A stretch of DNA of 64,000 bases from an uncultured Thermoleophilia bacterium (GTDB taxonomy: Bacteria > Actinomycetota > Thermoleophilia > UBA2241). How positions within the stretch are numbered: the first letter of the stretch is position 1; every line of letters begins with the position of its first letter. The notes beneath the pieces were generated by a model that was given only the letters and a program-made list of their open reading frames with translations, searched no databases and was not told where the DNA came from. A program made the position numbers and the translations under genes. Below, piece after piece: positions 1-10,842 of this stretch. The stretch is taken from the NCBI GenBank assembly GCA_963705205.1, contig CAVPJG010000007.1, positions 84,336 to 148,335 of the forward strand, in the 5' to 3' direction.

Positions 1-597
1 GTGTTCGCCGGGTACCTGGCGCGAGGCAGCGAGGACGGCGGCATGCCGGCCGGGCCCGTGGTCGCGGCCGTGGGCCCGGCCACCGCCGCGGCGCTGGAGC
101 GGCACGGCCTCGCCTGCCACCTCGTCCCCGACGAGTACGTCGCCGAAGGGCTCGCGGACTCGCTGGCGGGGACGGCCGCCGTCGCGCCGGGCGCCCGCGT
201 GCTCATCCCCTGCGCCCGCGACGCCCGCGAGGTGCTCCCCGAGACGCTGCGCGCGCGGGGAGCGGTGGTCTACGTGCTGCCCGTCTACGACACGCTCGCC
301 GCCGAGGAGCTCGCCGAGCCGGCGGCGCGGGTGGAGGCCGCGGACTTCATCACGTTCACCTCGGCGAGCACGGCCCGGCGGCTGGCCGGCCTGCTGCAGG
401 CGAGCGCGGCCGAGCGGGGCGACCCGCGCCCTCTCGCTGAACGGCTCGCCGGCGCCCGCCTCTGCTCCATCGGCCCGATCACCAGCGCGGCGCTCGGCGA
501 GCTCGGTCTCCAGGTCGCCATCGAGGCCCGGGAGTACACGGCCGCGGGCCTCGTCGCAGCGATCGCCGCCTACGTGCGGAGCACGCCGCGTACCTAG
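1..597 (+). CDS. hemD: uroporphyrinogen-III synthase (HemD), C-terminal part; 5' end lies outside the window
   Basis: Translation has HemD-like motifs (VAAVGPATAAAL, FITFTSASTARRL) and the Ala/Leu-rich Rossmann-like halves typical of HemD. The ORF is open from base 1 and stops at TAG 595-597. Confidence 0.55.
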   Translation: MFAGYLARGSEDGGMPAGPVVAAVGPATAAALERHGLACHLVPDEYVAEGLADSLAGTAAVAPGARVLIPCARDAREVLPETLRARGAVVYVLPVYDTLAAEELAEPAARVEAADFITFTSASTARRLAGLLQASAAERGDPRPLAERLAGARLCSIGPITSAALGELGLQVAIEAREYTAAGLVAAIAAYVRSTPRT

Positions 598-646
598 CGG
601 AGGCGCATGCCCGGCGCACCGGAGCGTTGACGACCAAGGAGGCACG

Positions 647-883
647 ATGAGCGCAGTCACCGTCTACGGCGTCTGCGCCGTCACCTTCATGATGGTGATG
701 TACGCGCTCGAGCCCAGAGGCCGCGGCTTCGTGCTCGCCTTCGCGGTCGGCTGTCTGCTCTCGAGCGCCTACGGCTTTCTCTCCGGCGCCTGGCCGTTCG
801 GCGTCGTCGAAGCCATCTGGGCCGTGGTGGCGGTGCGCCGGTTCCTGAGCACACCGCCGCCGCGGCCCGCGTCTCCCGACTGA
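647..883 (+). CDS. small two-TM membrane protein (hypothetical, CBU_0592-like)
   Basis: 78-aa ORF with two hydrophobic helices (VYGVCAVTFMMVMYAL and FVLAFAVGCLLSSAYGFL). It sits in the gap between hemD and the next gene. Codon usage is consistent with the flanking genes. Confidence 0.35.
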   Translation: MSAVTVYGVCAVTFMMVMYALEPRGRGFVLAFAVGCLLSSAYGFLSGAWPFGVVEAIWAVVAVRRFLSTPPPRPASPD

Positions 884-976
884 CACGCCGATCGGGGCCC
901 CGGCGCCGCGCCCGGCCAGGACCGGGGTTGACGCCCAACTGTTGCGCCGGGCCGGGCTTCGTCGTAGGTTCGCGGC

Positions 977-1783
977 ATGGACCGGCCGATCTGCTTCTTC
1001 AGCGACTACGGATATACGGACGACTTCGCCGGGGTGTGCCGCGCCGTGATCGCCCGGCTGGCGCCCGACGTCCGGGTCATCGACGTCACCCACGGCCTGC
1101 CCGAGCGCGACGTGCTCGCCGGGGCCGTGGTGCTGCGCAACGTGCTGCCCTACATGCCGGACAGGGCCGTGATCCTCGCGGTGGTCGACCCGGGCGTTGG
1201 CGGCCCGCGGCGGCCGGTCGCCCTGCGCAGCCACGGCGACCGGCTGTTCGTCGGTCCGGACAACGGGCTGCTCATGCACGCCGTCGACCTCGACGGCGGC
1301 GTCGACGTCGCCCACGAGCTGAGCAACCAGGAGCTGTGGCTGACCCCGCTCTCAGCCACCTTTCACGGCCGCGACATCTTCGCCCCGGTCGCTGCCCGGC
1401 TCGCATCCGGGCTGTCGCTCGAGTCGGTCGGGGTCCCGGTCGCCGGCGACCAGCTCGACCACATCGACCTGCCCGACCCCGTGCGGCACCGGGACGGGCT
1501 CACCGCCATCGCGGTGCTCGTCGACCGCTTCGGCAACGTCGCTCTCAACGTGCGCGCCCGCGACCTCGAGAAGGCGCGGCTCACCGAGACCGTCGAGCTC
1601 ATCACCGGCGGCGAGCGCTACCTCGCCCGGGTGGCGCGCACCTTCACATCGGTGCGCATCAGCGACATCGTCGTGCTCATCGACAGCTACGGCCAGGCGT
1701 CGGTGGCAGTGAGCAACGGTTCCGCCGCCGAGGTCCTCGGCCTCGACGCCGGCGCTGAGATCCGCCTCCGGCGCCTCGGCTGA
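977..1783 (+). CDS. SAM hydroxide adenosyltransferase / SAM hydrolase family protein (DUF62, SalL/FlA-like fold)
   Basis: The N-terminus (ICFFSDYGYTDDFAGVCRAVIARLAPDVRVIDVTHGLP) and VVDPGVGGPRRPVAL ... GPDNGLL are hallmark motifs of the DUF62 SAM-hydrolase family. Length 268 aa. Confidence 0.75.
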   Translation: MDRPICFFSDYGYTDDFAGVCRAVIARLAPDVRVIDVTHGLPERDVLAGAVVLRNVLPYMPDRAVILAVVDPGVGGPRRPVALRSHGDRLFVGPDNGLLMHAVDLDGGVDVAHELSNQELWLTPLSATFHGRDIFAPVAARLASGLSLESVGVPVAGDQLDHIDLPDPVRHRDGLTAIAVLVDRFGNVALNVRARDLEKARLTETVELITGGERYLARVARTFTSVRISDIVVLIDSYGQASVAVSNGSAAEVLGLDAGAEIRLRRLG

Positions 1784-1855
1784 CCCCCGGGCACGCTCGG
1801 CCGAGCGGTCCGCGGGCCGCCCGCCGCGCCGGCGCGCGGCCCCACGGCGCCCGTG

Positions 1856-1884
1856 TTGCGCCGCCCGCCCGGATTCGCTATAGT
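1856..1884 (+). promoter_or_regulatory. sigma-70-like promoter for rplM-rpsI (TTGCGC-17 nt-TATAGT)
   Basis: -35 TTGCGC at 1856-1861 and -10 TATAGT at 1879-1884 with a 17-nt spacer. A GC-rich leader hairpin (gcgcgtcc-acacc-ggacgcgc) follows before the rplM ATG at 1941. Confidence 0.35.
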
Positions 1885-1940
1885 CCCCTTTCGCGCGTCC
1901 ACACCGGACGCGCGCTCCAGCTAACCGAACGAGTGAGCGC

Positions 1941-2375
1941 ATGAAGACTTACGTCGCCAAGCCTTCCACCATCGAGAAGAAGTGGTACGTCGTCGACGCC
2001 AAGGGCCACACCCTGGGCCGCCTCGCGACCGTCGTCGCCGACTGCCTGCGCGGCAAGCGCAAGGCCATCTACACCCCCAACATCGACACCGGCGACTTCG
2101 TCGTCATCATCAACGCCGAGCAGATCGTCGTGACCGGCAAGAAGCCCGAGCAGAAGATGTACTACCACCACTCGGGCTACCCCGGCGGCATCAAGAGCGA
2201 GTCGTACGCCAAGCTCCAGGCCCGCCGTCCCGAGGAGATCATCCGCCACGCCGTGCGCGGCATGCTCCCGCACAACAAGCTCGGGCGCGCCCAGCTCCGC
2301 AAGCTCAAGATCTACGCCGGCACGGAGCATCCGCACGAGGCGCAGAACCCCGAAGTGCTCGAGATCAAGGAGTAA
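1941..2375 (+). CDS. rplM: 50S ribosomal protein L13
   Basis: [33 protein letters not shown]... is canonical L13. Length 144 aa. Confidence 0.95.
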   Translation: MKTYVAKPSTIEKKWYVVDAKGHTLGRLATVVADCLRGKRKAIYTPNIDTGDFVVIINAEQIVVTGKKPEQKMYYHHSGYPGGIKSESYAKLQARRPEEIIRHAVRGMLPHNKLGRAQLRKLKIYAGTEHPHEAQNPEVLEIKE

Positions 2376-2378
2376 GGC

Positions 2379-2774
2379 GTGGCTGATGCAGTGACCTATC
2401 GCGCGACCGGCAAGCGCAAGACCGCCGTCGCCCGCGTGATCCTCACGCCGGGTGTCGGCAAGGTCGTCATCAACGACCGCGAGATCGACGCCTATTTCGG
2501 CCGTAAGGTCCTCGAGACCATCGCGCTCATGCCCTTCGAGACCACGCGCACGGCCGGCAAGTTCGACGTCAAGGCGAACGTGTACGGCAGCGGTATCTCC
2601 GCGCAGGCCGGCGCCGTGCGTCACGGCATCGCCCGCGCGCTCTGCGAGGCCGACGAGAGCCTGCGCACGCCGCTCAAGCGCGCCGGGTTCCTCACCCGCG
2701 ACGACCGTCAGGTCGAGCGCAAGAAGGCCGGCTTCCACAAGGCGCGCAAGAAGCCGCAGTTCAGCAAGCGCTGA
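2379..2774 (+). CDS. rpsI: 30S ribosomal protein S9
   Basis: GTG start 4 nt after the rplM stop. The C-terminus [29 protein letters not shown] is the S9 signature. Confidence 0.95.
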   Translation: MADAVTYRATGKRKTAVARVILTPGVGKVVINDREIDAYFGRKVLETIALMPFETTRTAGKFDVKANVYGSGISAQAGAVRHGIARALCEADESLRTPLKRAGFLTRDDRQVERKKAGFHKARKKPQFSKR

Positions 2775-2799
2775 CCCTGCGCACAGATCCGTGTTTCCC

Positions 2800-2825
2800 G
2801 ACGGGCCGCCGCGAGGCGGCCCGTC
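2800..2825 (+). terminator. GC-rich hairpin after rpsI (gacgggccgcc-gcga-ggcggcccgtc), a factor-independent terminator candidate without a U-tract
   Basis: An 11-bp perfect stem lies immediately after the rpsI stop. High-GC actinobacteria often lack U-tracts at terminators. Confidence 0.3.
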
Positions 2826-2925
2826 GTCATCCCGGAAGGCGGCGTCCCGCCCGGTCGCCGCAGCCGGCTCGCGGCCTCTTCCCGGGTGCTAGGATGGCCC
2901 GAGTCCAATCGCGAGGAGTCCTCTG

Positions 2926-3159
2926 ATGGCCCGCACCAAAGACCCGAACCGCCCGCCGCGGAACACCGCCCCCATGTGGAAGAAGGCCGTCGTCGTGCTC
3001 TCCGCACCGGTGTCCGTGCTCATCGTCATGAGGCTGTTCCACATCAACACGTGGAACTTCTTCCTGTTCCTCGTCACCGTGATCGCCATCGCGGCCGTCG
3101 CCGTGTGGGGGATGGCCAAGCTGCTCGGCGTGCACCTCAGCCTCAGCAGCTGGGACTGA
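2926..3159 (+). CDS. hypothetical small membrane protein
   Basis: 77-aa ORF with a basic N-terminus followed by two hydrophobic segments (VVVLSAPVSVLIVMRLF and FFLFLVTVIAIAAVAVWGMA). It occupies the rpsI-glmM gap. Confidence 0.3.
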   Translation: MARTKDPNRPPRNTAPMWKKAVVVLSAPVSVLIVMRLFHINTWNFFLFLVTVIAIAAVAVWGMAKLLGVHLSLSSWD

Positions 3160-3231
3160 TGGACGGAAGAGCCATTGAGCGACTCGCTGGCCGTCAGGCC
3201 CAGCTAGAGTCGGACTGAGGATCTCCGCGGC

Positions 3232-4569
3232 ATGGGCACGTACTTCGGCACTGACGGCATCCGAGGGGTCGCGGGCGAGCTGCTGACGCCCGAGTTCGCG
3301 GTGCAGGTCGGGCGCGCCGCGGCCGTGGTGCTGGCGCAGAAGGCCGGTCCGCACCCGCTGTTCGTCATCGGCCGCGACACGCGCCTCAGCGGCCCGATGC
3401 TCGAGGCGGCGCTCACGGCCGGCCTCACGAGCGGAGGCGGTCGCGTGGAGATCGCCGGCGTGATCCCGACGCCGGGGCTCGCCGCGCTGGTCCACCAGCG
3501 CGGCGCCGACGCCGGCATCGTCATCAGCGCCTCACACAACCCCTTCGCCGACAACGGCATCAAGTTCTTCTCGAGCGCCGGCGTCAAGTTGAGCGACGAG
3601 GAGGAGGCTGAGATCGAGGCGCACATCGAGCACCACGACCTGCAGTCGCTGGCGGGCGCCGACTTCGGCAGCGCCGAGCAGCTCGAGGGCGCCGTGGAGG
3701 GCTACGTCTGGGACGTCGTCAAGCGGATCCCGCTTGATCTCAGCGGCATGAAGATCGCGCTCGACTGCGCACACGGAGCGATGCACCTGGCCGCGCCGCT
3801 GGCGCTGGAGGAATCCGGCGCCGCGGTCACCGTGCTCTTCGACCGGCCGGACGGCACCAACATCAACGCCGGCTGCGGCAGCACGCACATCGGCGCGCTG
3901 CAGAAGGTGGTGGCCGACGACGGCTTCGACCTCGGCCTCGCGTTCGACGGCGACGGCGACCGCGTGCTCGCCGTCGACGCCACCGGCGAGCTCGTGGACG
4001 GCGACTTCATCATCGCCATCCTCGCGAAGCACCTGAAGGCCCAGGGCAGGCTCCGCAGCGACACCGTGGTGACCACGGTCATGACCAACCTGGGCTTCCA
4101 CCTCGCCATGAAGCGTGAGGGCATTCAGGTGCACGTGACCGCCGTGGGCGACCGCTACGTCGTGGCGGAGATGCTCCAGGGCGACTACCTGCTCGGCGGG
4201 GAGCAGTCCGGCCACATCATCAACCGCGACGTCAGCACCACCGGCGACGGCCTCGCCACGTCCCTCCTGCTCCTCCAGGCGCTGCGGCAGATGGACGTGC
4301 CGCTGGCCGAGGCTGCGAGGGTGATGGAGCGCCTGCCGCAGAGGCTCGTCAACGTGCGCGTGCGCGACCTGGCCGAGCTCGAGGGAGCCGCCGCGGTGTG
4401 GGCGGCGGTGGAGCAGGAGACTCGCCGCCTCGAGGGCAGCGGCCGCGTGCTCGTGCGGCCGTCCGGCACGGAACCGCTCGTCCGCGTCATGGCCGAGGCG
4501 CCGACCCAGGACGAGGTCGACGCGACCTGCGGCCGCATCGTGGCGGTCGTCGAGCAGCATCTGGCCTGA
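3232..4569 (+). CDS. glmM: phosphoglucosamine mutase
   Basis: The MGTYFGTDGIRGVAGELLTPEF start and the SASHNPFADNGIKFF active-site Ser motif identify GlmM. Length 445 aa. Confidence 0.95.
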   Translation: MGTYFGTDGIRGVAGELLTPEFAVQVGRAAAVVLAQKAGPHPLFVIGRDTRLSGPMLEAALTAGLTSGGGRVEIAGVIPTPGLAALVHQRGADAGIVISASHNPFADNGIKFFSSAGVKLSDEEEAEIEAHIEHHDLQSLAGADFGSAEQLEGAVEGYVWDVVKRIPLDLSGMKIALDCAHGAMHLAAPLALEESGAAVTVLFDRPDGTNINAGCGSTHIGALQKVVADDGFDLGLAFDGDGDRVLAVDATGELVDGDFIIAILAKHLKAQGRLRSDTVVTTVMTNLGFHLAMKREGIQVHVTAVGDRYVVAEMLQGDYLLGGEQSGHIINRDVSTTGDGLATSLLLLQALRQMDVPLAEAARVMERLPQRLVNVRVRDLAELEGAAAVWAAVEQETRRLEGSGRVLVRPSGTEPLVRVMAEAPTQDEVDATCGRIVAVVEQHLA

Positions 4570-4583
4570 CGAAAGGGATCGCA

Positions 4584-5030
4584 GTGAGCGATGAAGTGAA
4601 GTACTACCCGTTCAAGATCGGTGGGGTCGAGCAGACGTATCCCAACGTGCACCCCGGCACGCCCAAGTACGCTGCGGGCATCGCGGTGGGCAACATCGCC
4701 TTTCTCTCCGGAATGACGCCGCAGAGCACCGTGGACGGTTCGTGCCTCACGGTCGGGGTGGAGGCCCAGGTCTTCGCCTGCCTCGACAAGGTGCGCGCGG
4801 TGCTCGAGGAGATGGGCAGCTCGATGGAGAACATCGTGAAGACCGTCATCCTGCTCAAGGACCTCGAGTACTACCAGCAGATGCGCGCCGCCGAGCTCAA
4901 GTACTACCAGAAGTACGCGCCGCGCCTCGTCGCGGAGCCGCCGGCCAGCACCTACGTGCAGCCGGCGATCCTCGCCCGCCCTGAGTTCCTGGTGGAGTTC
5001 GACGTCACGGCGGTCGTGAAGCGGGCGTAG
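4584..5030 (+). CDS. ridA: RidA/YjgF family reactive-intermediate deaminase
   Basis: GTG at 4584 follows an aaggga RBS. The translation (YYPFKIGGVEQTYPNVHPGTPKYAAGIAVGNIAFLSGMTP ... ILLKDLEYYQQM) fits the RidA/YjgF endoribonuclease L-PSP family. The upstream part of ORF 4398 overlaps glmM and was not used. Confidence 0.8.
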   Translation: MSDEVKYYPFKIGGVEQTYPNVHPGTPKYAAGIAVGNIAFLSGMTPQSTVDGSCLTVGVEAQVFACLDKVRAVLEEMGSSMENIVKTVILLKDLEYYQQMRAAELKYYQKYAPRLVAEPPASTYVQPAILARPEFLVEFDVTAVVKRA

Positions 5031-5130
5031 GCCGGCCCGGGCGGGTCGGCGAGTCCGGAACGTGGAGAGGCTCAGAGGGGTAGAATACGCGCGACATACG
5101 CAGACCGGTGGTGCGGACACCCGTCAGCAA

Positions 5131-5305
5131 CCTGAGCGCCTGGCCCGCGCGGCGAGCTCCCGCAGGGAGCGGCCCGCGCGGGTGACGAGGTGGAGGTTCA
5201 TCGAAAGACTCGGCGGATGCCTCCCGGCCCGGCACGGTCGTTATCGAGTCGCCAAAACCCGCTGGTGACGGCGGAACAAAACGGCTCGAGGGTGCCGTCC
5301 GCAGC
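5131..5305 (+). ncRNA. glmS ribozyme: glmS ribozyme (GlcN6P-responsive self-cleaving riboswitch) in the 5' leader of glmS
   Basis: The core matches the glmS ribozyme consensus: AGCGCC P1 start, then GACGAGG-UGGAGGUUCAUCGAAAGACUCGGCGGAUGCCUCCCGGC, then a downstream CCGCUGGUGACGGCGGAACAAAAC (GGUGAC) element. It lies directly upstream of the glmS ATG at 5344. Confidence 0.8.
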
Positions 5306-5343
5306 CTGCCCATCTGCGCCCTGATCCAGCGAAGGGAGCACGC

Positions 5344-7173
<1,830 letters not shown>

Positions 7174-7209
7174 GGGCGGACCCTTGGACGCGCAGATGAG
7201 GCGGGCGGG

Positions 7210-7623
7210 GTGATTGGCTTACCGCAGATGCCGCCCGGTGGCCTGCTCTTCGGCCTCGGCATCGACGTGACGGAGGCCGCGCGCGTCCGCAGGCTGCTCG
7301 AGCGGCTGCCGCGCGCCTACGAGCGGCTCTTCAGCGAGCAGGAGCGCGCGTACTGCGACGGCTTCGCCGATCCCTGGTCGCGCTACGCCGCCCGCTTCGC
7401 CGCCAAGGAGGCGGTCGGCAAGGCGCTCGGAATCGGTATCATCGGGTTCGTGTGGCGCGACATCGAGGTACTTTCGGGTGGAAAGCCCCTCATCGCGCTG
7501 CACGGCGGCGTCGCCGACATCGCGCGGCGCCTGGGCGTGACGAGGGTCGAGGTCTCGCTGAGCCACACCGGCGGTATGGCGTACGCCGTGGCCGCCGCAC
7601 TCAAGGAGGACGCGGATGGATGA
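7210..7623 (+). CDS. acpS: holo-[acyl-carrier-protein] synthase
   Basis: LLFGLGIDVTEAARV ... FAAKEAVGKALG ... EVSLSHTGGMAYAVA is the 4'-phosphopantetheinyl transferase pattern. The start could be GTG 7210 or ATG 7228. Confidence 0.85.
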   Translation: MIGLPQMPPGGLLFGLGIDVTEAARVRRLLERLPRAYERLFSEQERAYCDGFADPWSRYAARFAAKEAVGKALGIGIIGFVWRDIEVLSGGKPLIALHGGVADIARRLGVTRVEVSLSHTGGMAYAVAAALKEDADG

Positions 7624-9196
7624 GTCCCTGCTGATGGGGCTGTACACCGCCGACGGCATGCAGAAGGTCGACGGGCTGGCGATCGACGGCATCGGCATCC
7701 CCGGCGGGCACCTGATGGAGCGCGCCGGGCTCGCCGTGGCGACCGAGATCCTCGAGCGGTACGCGCCCGAGGAGGCCGTGGTCTTCGCCGGCAAGGGCAA
7801 CAACGGTGGGGACGGGTTCGTGGTCGCGCGCGAGCTGTTCGATGCGGGCTGCGAGGTCACCGTGTTCCTGCTCGCGGCGCCGGCCGAGTACGGGGGCGAC
7901 GCGAAGCTGAACCTGGACATCCTCACCCGGCTCGGGGTGGACGTGCGCCCCGCGACGGATGGCGACGGGGCGCTCGCCGAGGACGCGATGGTGCTCACGG
8001 AGATGGCCGACGTCGTGGTGGACGCGGTCTTCGGCACCGGCTTCACCGGCGCGGCCAAAGGGCCGGCCGCCGCCGCCATCGAGCTCATGAACGAGGCGCC
8101 TGGCGCCGTGGTGAGCGTCGACATCATGAGCGGCGTCGGCGCGAGCACCGGCGCGGTGCACGGGCCGGCCGTCGAGGCCGACCTCACCGTGACGCTGCAC
8201 GCCGCCAAGGTCGGCCACTTCGTCACGCCCGGGGGCGCGCACTCGGGCGAGGTCGTGATCGCGCCGATCGGCATCCCGGCGCTCTGCGACCAGGACCCGG
8301 GCGTGTGGCTGCTCACCGACGAGGCGATGGGCGAGCTGGTGCTCCCCAAGGGCTCGCTCGACCACAAACGCTCGGTCGGCACGGTCCTCGTCGTCGGCGG
8401 GTCGAAGGGCATGGAGGGCGCCGCCCACATGGCCGCGTTCGCGGCCCTCAGGGGCGGCGCCGGCCTGGTCCACGCCGCGCTGCCCGACGGCGCCGGCGCG
8501 CAGAAGCCGTTCGCCGAGGTCATCACTGTGACCGTCCCCGGCGTCGACGGTCAGTTCGGCATGGCCGCCCGCTCGGCGCTCTTCGCGCAGGCGGACCAGC
8601 TCGGGGCCGTCGCCGTCGGTCCGGGACTCGGCCGTGCCGACGAGGCGCGTTTGCTGGTGCGTGAGCTGCTCGGCGTGGACCGGCCGCTGCTGCTCGACGC
8701 CGACGGCCTGTATGCCCTTGGCGACAAGCTCGAACTCCTCGCGGAGCGCGCGCGGCCCACGGTCATCACGCCGCACGAGGGCGAGCTGGGCCGCCTGATC
8801 GGCCGCCCGGCGGCCGAGGTCGCGGCCCAGCGCCTCGAGTGCGCCCGCTCCGCCGCCAAGCGCGGCGACGTGACCGTCGTCCTCAAGGGCGAGGCGACTA
8901 TCATCGCCGACCCCTCGGGACGGGCCTACGTCGTCCCGACCGGCAACCCCGGCCTCGCTACGCCGGGAACGGGCGACGTGCTCAGCGGTGTCATCGTCGC
9001 CCAGCTCGCGAAGGGCCTGCCGGCCACGGACGCCGCCTGTCTCGGCGCGTACCTCCACGGCTTCGCCGCCGATCTGGCGGCCGAGGAGGCCGTCGGCACC
9101 GAGGCCATGGTGGCGAGCGACCTGTTCCACTCCCTGCCCGCGGCCGTGGAGCGGCTCAAGGCCGGTCCACAGGAGGAGAGCCATGAGCACCACTGA
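7616..9196 (+). CDS. nnr: bifunctional NAD(P)H-hydrate epimerase / ADP-dependent (S)-NAD(P)H-hydrate dehydratase
   Basis: YjeF-N motif GKGNNGGDGFVVAREL and a C-terminal carbohydrate-kinase-like domain (GPGLG ... GTGDVLSGV). The start overlaps the acpS end by 8 nt. Length 526 aa. Confidence 0.9.
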   Translation: MDESLLMGLYTADGMQKVDGLAIDGIGIPGGHLMERAGLAVATEILERYAPEEAVVFAGKGNNGGDGFVVARELFDAGCEVTVFLLAAPAEYGGDAKLNLDILTRLGVDVRPATDGDGALAEDAMVLTEMADVVVDAVFGTGFTGAAKGPAAAAIELMNEAPGAVVSVDIMSGVGASTGAVHGPAVEADLTVTLHAAKVGHFVTPGGAHSGEVVIAPIGIPALCDQDPGVWLLTDEAMGELVLPKGSLDHKRSVGTVLVVGGSKGMEGAAHMAAFAALRGGAGLVHAALPDGAGAQKPFAEVITVTVPGVDGQFGMAARSALFAQADQLGAVAVGPGLGRADEARLLVRELLGVDRPLLLDADGLYALGDKLELLAERARPTVITPHEGELGRLIGRPAAEVAAQRLECARSAAKRGDVTVVLKGEATIIADPSGRAYVVPTGNPGLATPGTGDVLSGVIVAQLAKGLPATDAACLGAYLHGFAADLAAEEAVGTEAMVASDLFHSLPAAVERLKAGPQEESHEHH

Positions 9197-9659
9197 CCCC
9201 GCGCCCGAGGGCGAAGCGCTCGTCCGCGACATCATGACCACGCCGGTCGTCTCGGTGCCCTCGAGCATGACGGTCAAGGACCTCGCCGCCCTCTTCCGCG
9301 ACCAGCGCATCGGCGGTGTGCCCGTGGTCGACGACGACAGGCTGGTCGGCATCGTCACCGAGGGCGACCTCATGGCGCTGGACGCCGACATCCAGATGCC
9401 GCACTACTTCGAACTCTTCGACAGCATCATCTACCTGGGCAGCCAGAAGAAGTTCAAGGAGCAGCTCGAGAAAGCGTCCGCGGCCACCGTGGGGCAGCTC
9501 ATGACCGACGAGGTGAAGACCGTGTCTCCGGACGACCCGGCCCGCGCCGCCGCCACGCTGATGTCGAAGCACAAGTTCGACCGGGTACCGGTGGTCGAAG
9601 GCGAGGCTGTCGTCGGCATCGTCACCCGGCACGACATCATGAAGATCCTGGGGCTCTGA
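9183..9659 (+). CDS. CBS domain pair protein
   Basis: ATG 9183 overlaps the nnr stop. Two CBS repeats: VRDIMTTPVVSVPSSMTVKDLAALF ... GGVPVVDD.RLVGIVTEGDL and VGQLMTDEVKTVSPDD ... DRVPVVEGEAVVGIVTRHDIMKIL. Confidence 0.8.
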   Translation: MSTTDPAPEGEALVRDIMTTPVVSVPSSMTVKDLAALFRDQRIGGVPVVDDDRLVGIVTEGDLMALDADIQMPHYFELFDSIIYLGSQKKFKEQLEKASAATVGQLMTDEVKTVSPDDPARAAATLMSKHKFDRVPVVEGEAVVGIVTRHDIMKILGL

Positions 9660-10836
9660 GTGCTGGCCGGACGACACCGCGCCGTCGCCGAGGTCGACCT
9701 CGAGGCGATCCGCCACAACGTCCGCCGCCTGAGGCGCGACCTTCCGGGCGGCACCGAGCACTGCGCCGTCGTCAAGGCGAACGGGTACGGCCACGGCGCC
9801 GTGCCTGCCGCGCGCGCCGCGCTCCAGGCCGGCTCCACCTGGCTCGGCGTGGCGACCGCGCCCGAGGCCGAGGAGCTGCGGGCGGCCGGCTTCACCGCGC
9901 CGATCCTCATCTTCGGCCCGCTCACGGGCACCGGTCTGGAGCGGGCCGCGGCCTCGGCGGCCGAGGTCGTCGGGTGGTCCGAGCCGTTCATCGCCGAGGC
10001 GGCCCGCCTCGGCGTCCGCGTCCACGTCAAGTTCGACACGGGGATGGGGCGGCTCGGCGTGCCCGCTCCGGAGGTGGTCCAGTTCTGCGAGCAGGCGCAC
10101 GCGGGAGGTGTCCTCTCCGGTCTGATGAGCCACTTCGCCACGGCGGACGAGGAGGACGCGAGCTTCTTCGAGCAGCAGCTCGGGCGCTTCACCAGTCTGG
10201 CCGGAGAGCTCAAGCAACGGTACCCCGGTCTGCTGTGCCACACCGCGAACAGCGCGGCGACCCTGCGGGACGTGCGCGCCCACTTCGACATGGTGCGCAC
10301 CGGCATCGCCCTGTACGGGCTGGCGCCGGCCAACGACGACCCGTTCAAGGACGAGCTGCGCCCGGCGATGAAGTTCGTCTCGTACCTCGCCGGCGTCCGC
10401 GAAGCTCTGCCCGGGGATTCGGTCGGGTACGGCGCGTACGTGGCGCGCCGAGGAGCCCACGCGCATCGGTATCGTCCCGGTCGGCTACGCCGACGGCGTG
10501 CGTCGCGCGCTCGGCAACCGCGGAGAGGTCCTGGTCGCGGGCAGGCGCTGCCCGATCGTCGGCAGGATCAGCATGGACCAGCTGACGGTCAAGCTCCCCG
10601 GCGACTGGGGCCGGGCCGGCGACGAGATCGTACTGTTCGGCGCCGCCGGGGACGGTGTTGCCGGCTCCGCCATCGCGTGGACGGAGCCCCATGAGCCCCG
10701 CCTGGACGCCCCCGAGACGCCGCGCATCCTCTGCGAGGAGGTGGCGCGCCTGCTCGGCACCATCAACTACGAAGTCGCCTGCGACGTGGCGCCGCGGGTG
10801 GTGCGCCGCTACCGCGGCGAGGACCCCGCGGCCTGA
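9660..10836 (+). pseudogene. alr: alanine racemase with an apparent single-base frameshift near 10431-10437 (sequence error or pseudogene)
   Basis: N-terminal frame (9660-~10436) reads AVVKANGYGHG ... GDSVGYG. The +1 frame from ~10437 reads TWRAEEPTRIGIVPVGYADGVRRALGNRG ... VGRISMDQLTV ... to 10836. Joining the two frames gives a normal ~390-aa Alr. The shift lies in ggcgcgtacgtgg. Confidence 0.8.
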
Positions 10837-10842
10837 GGCATC

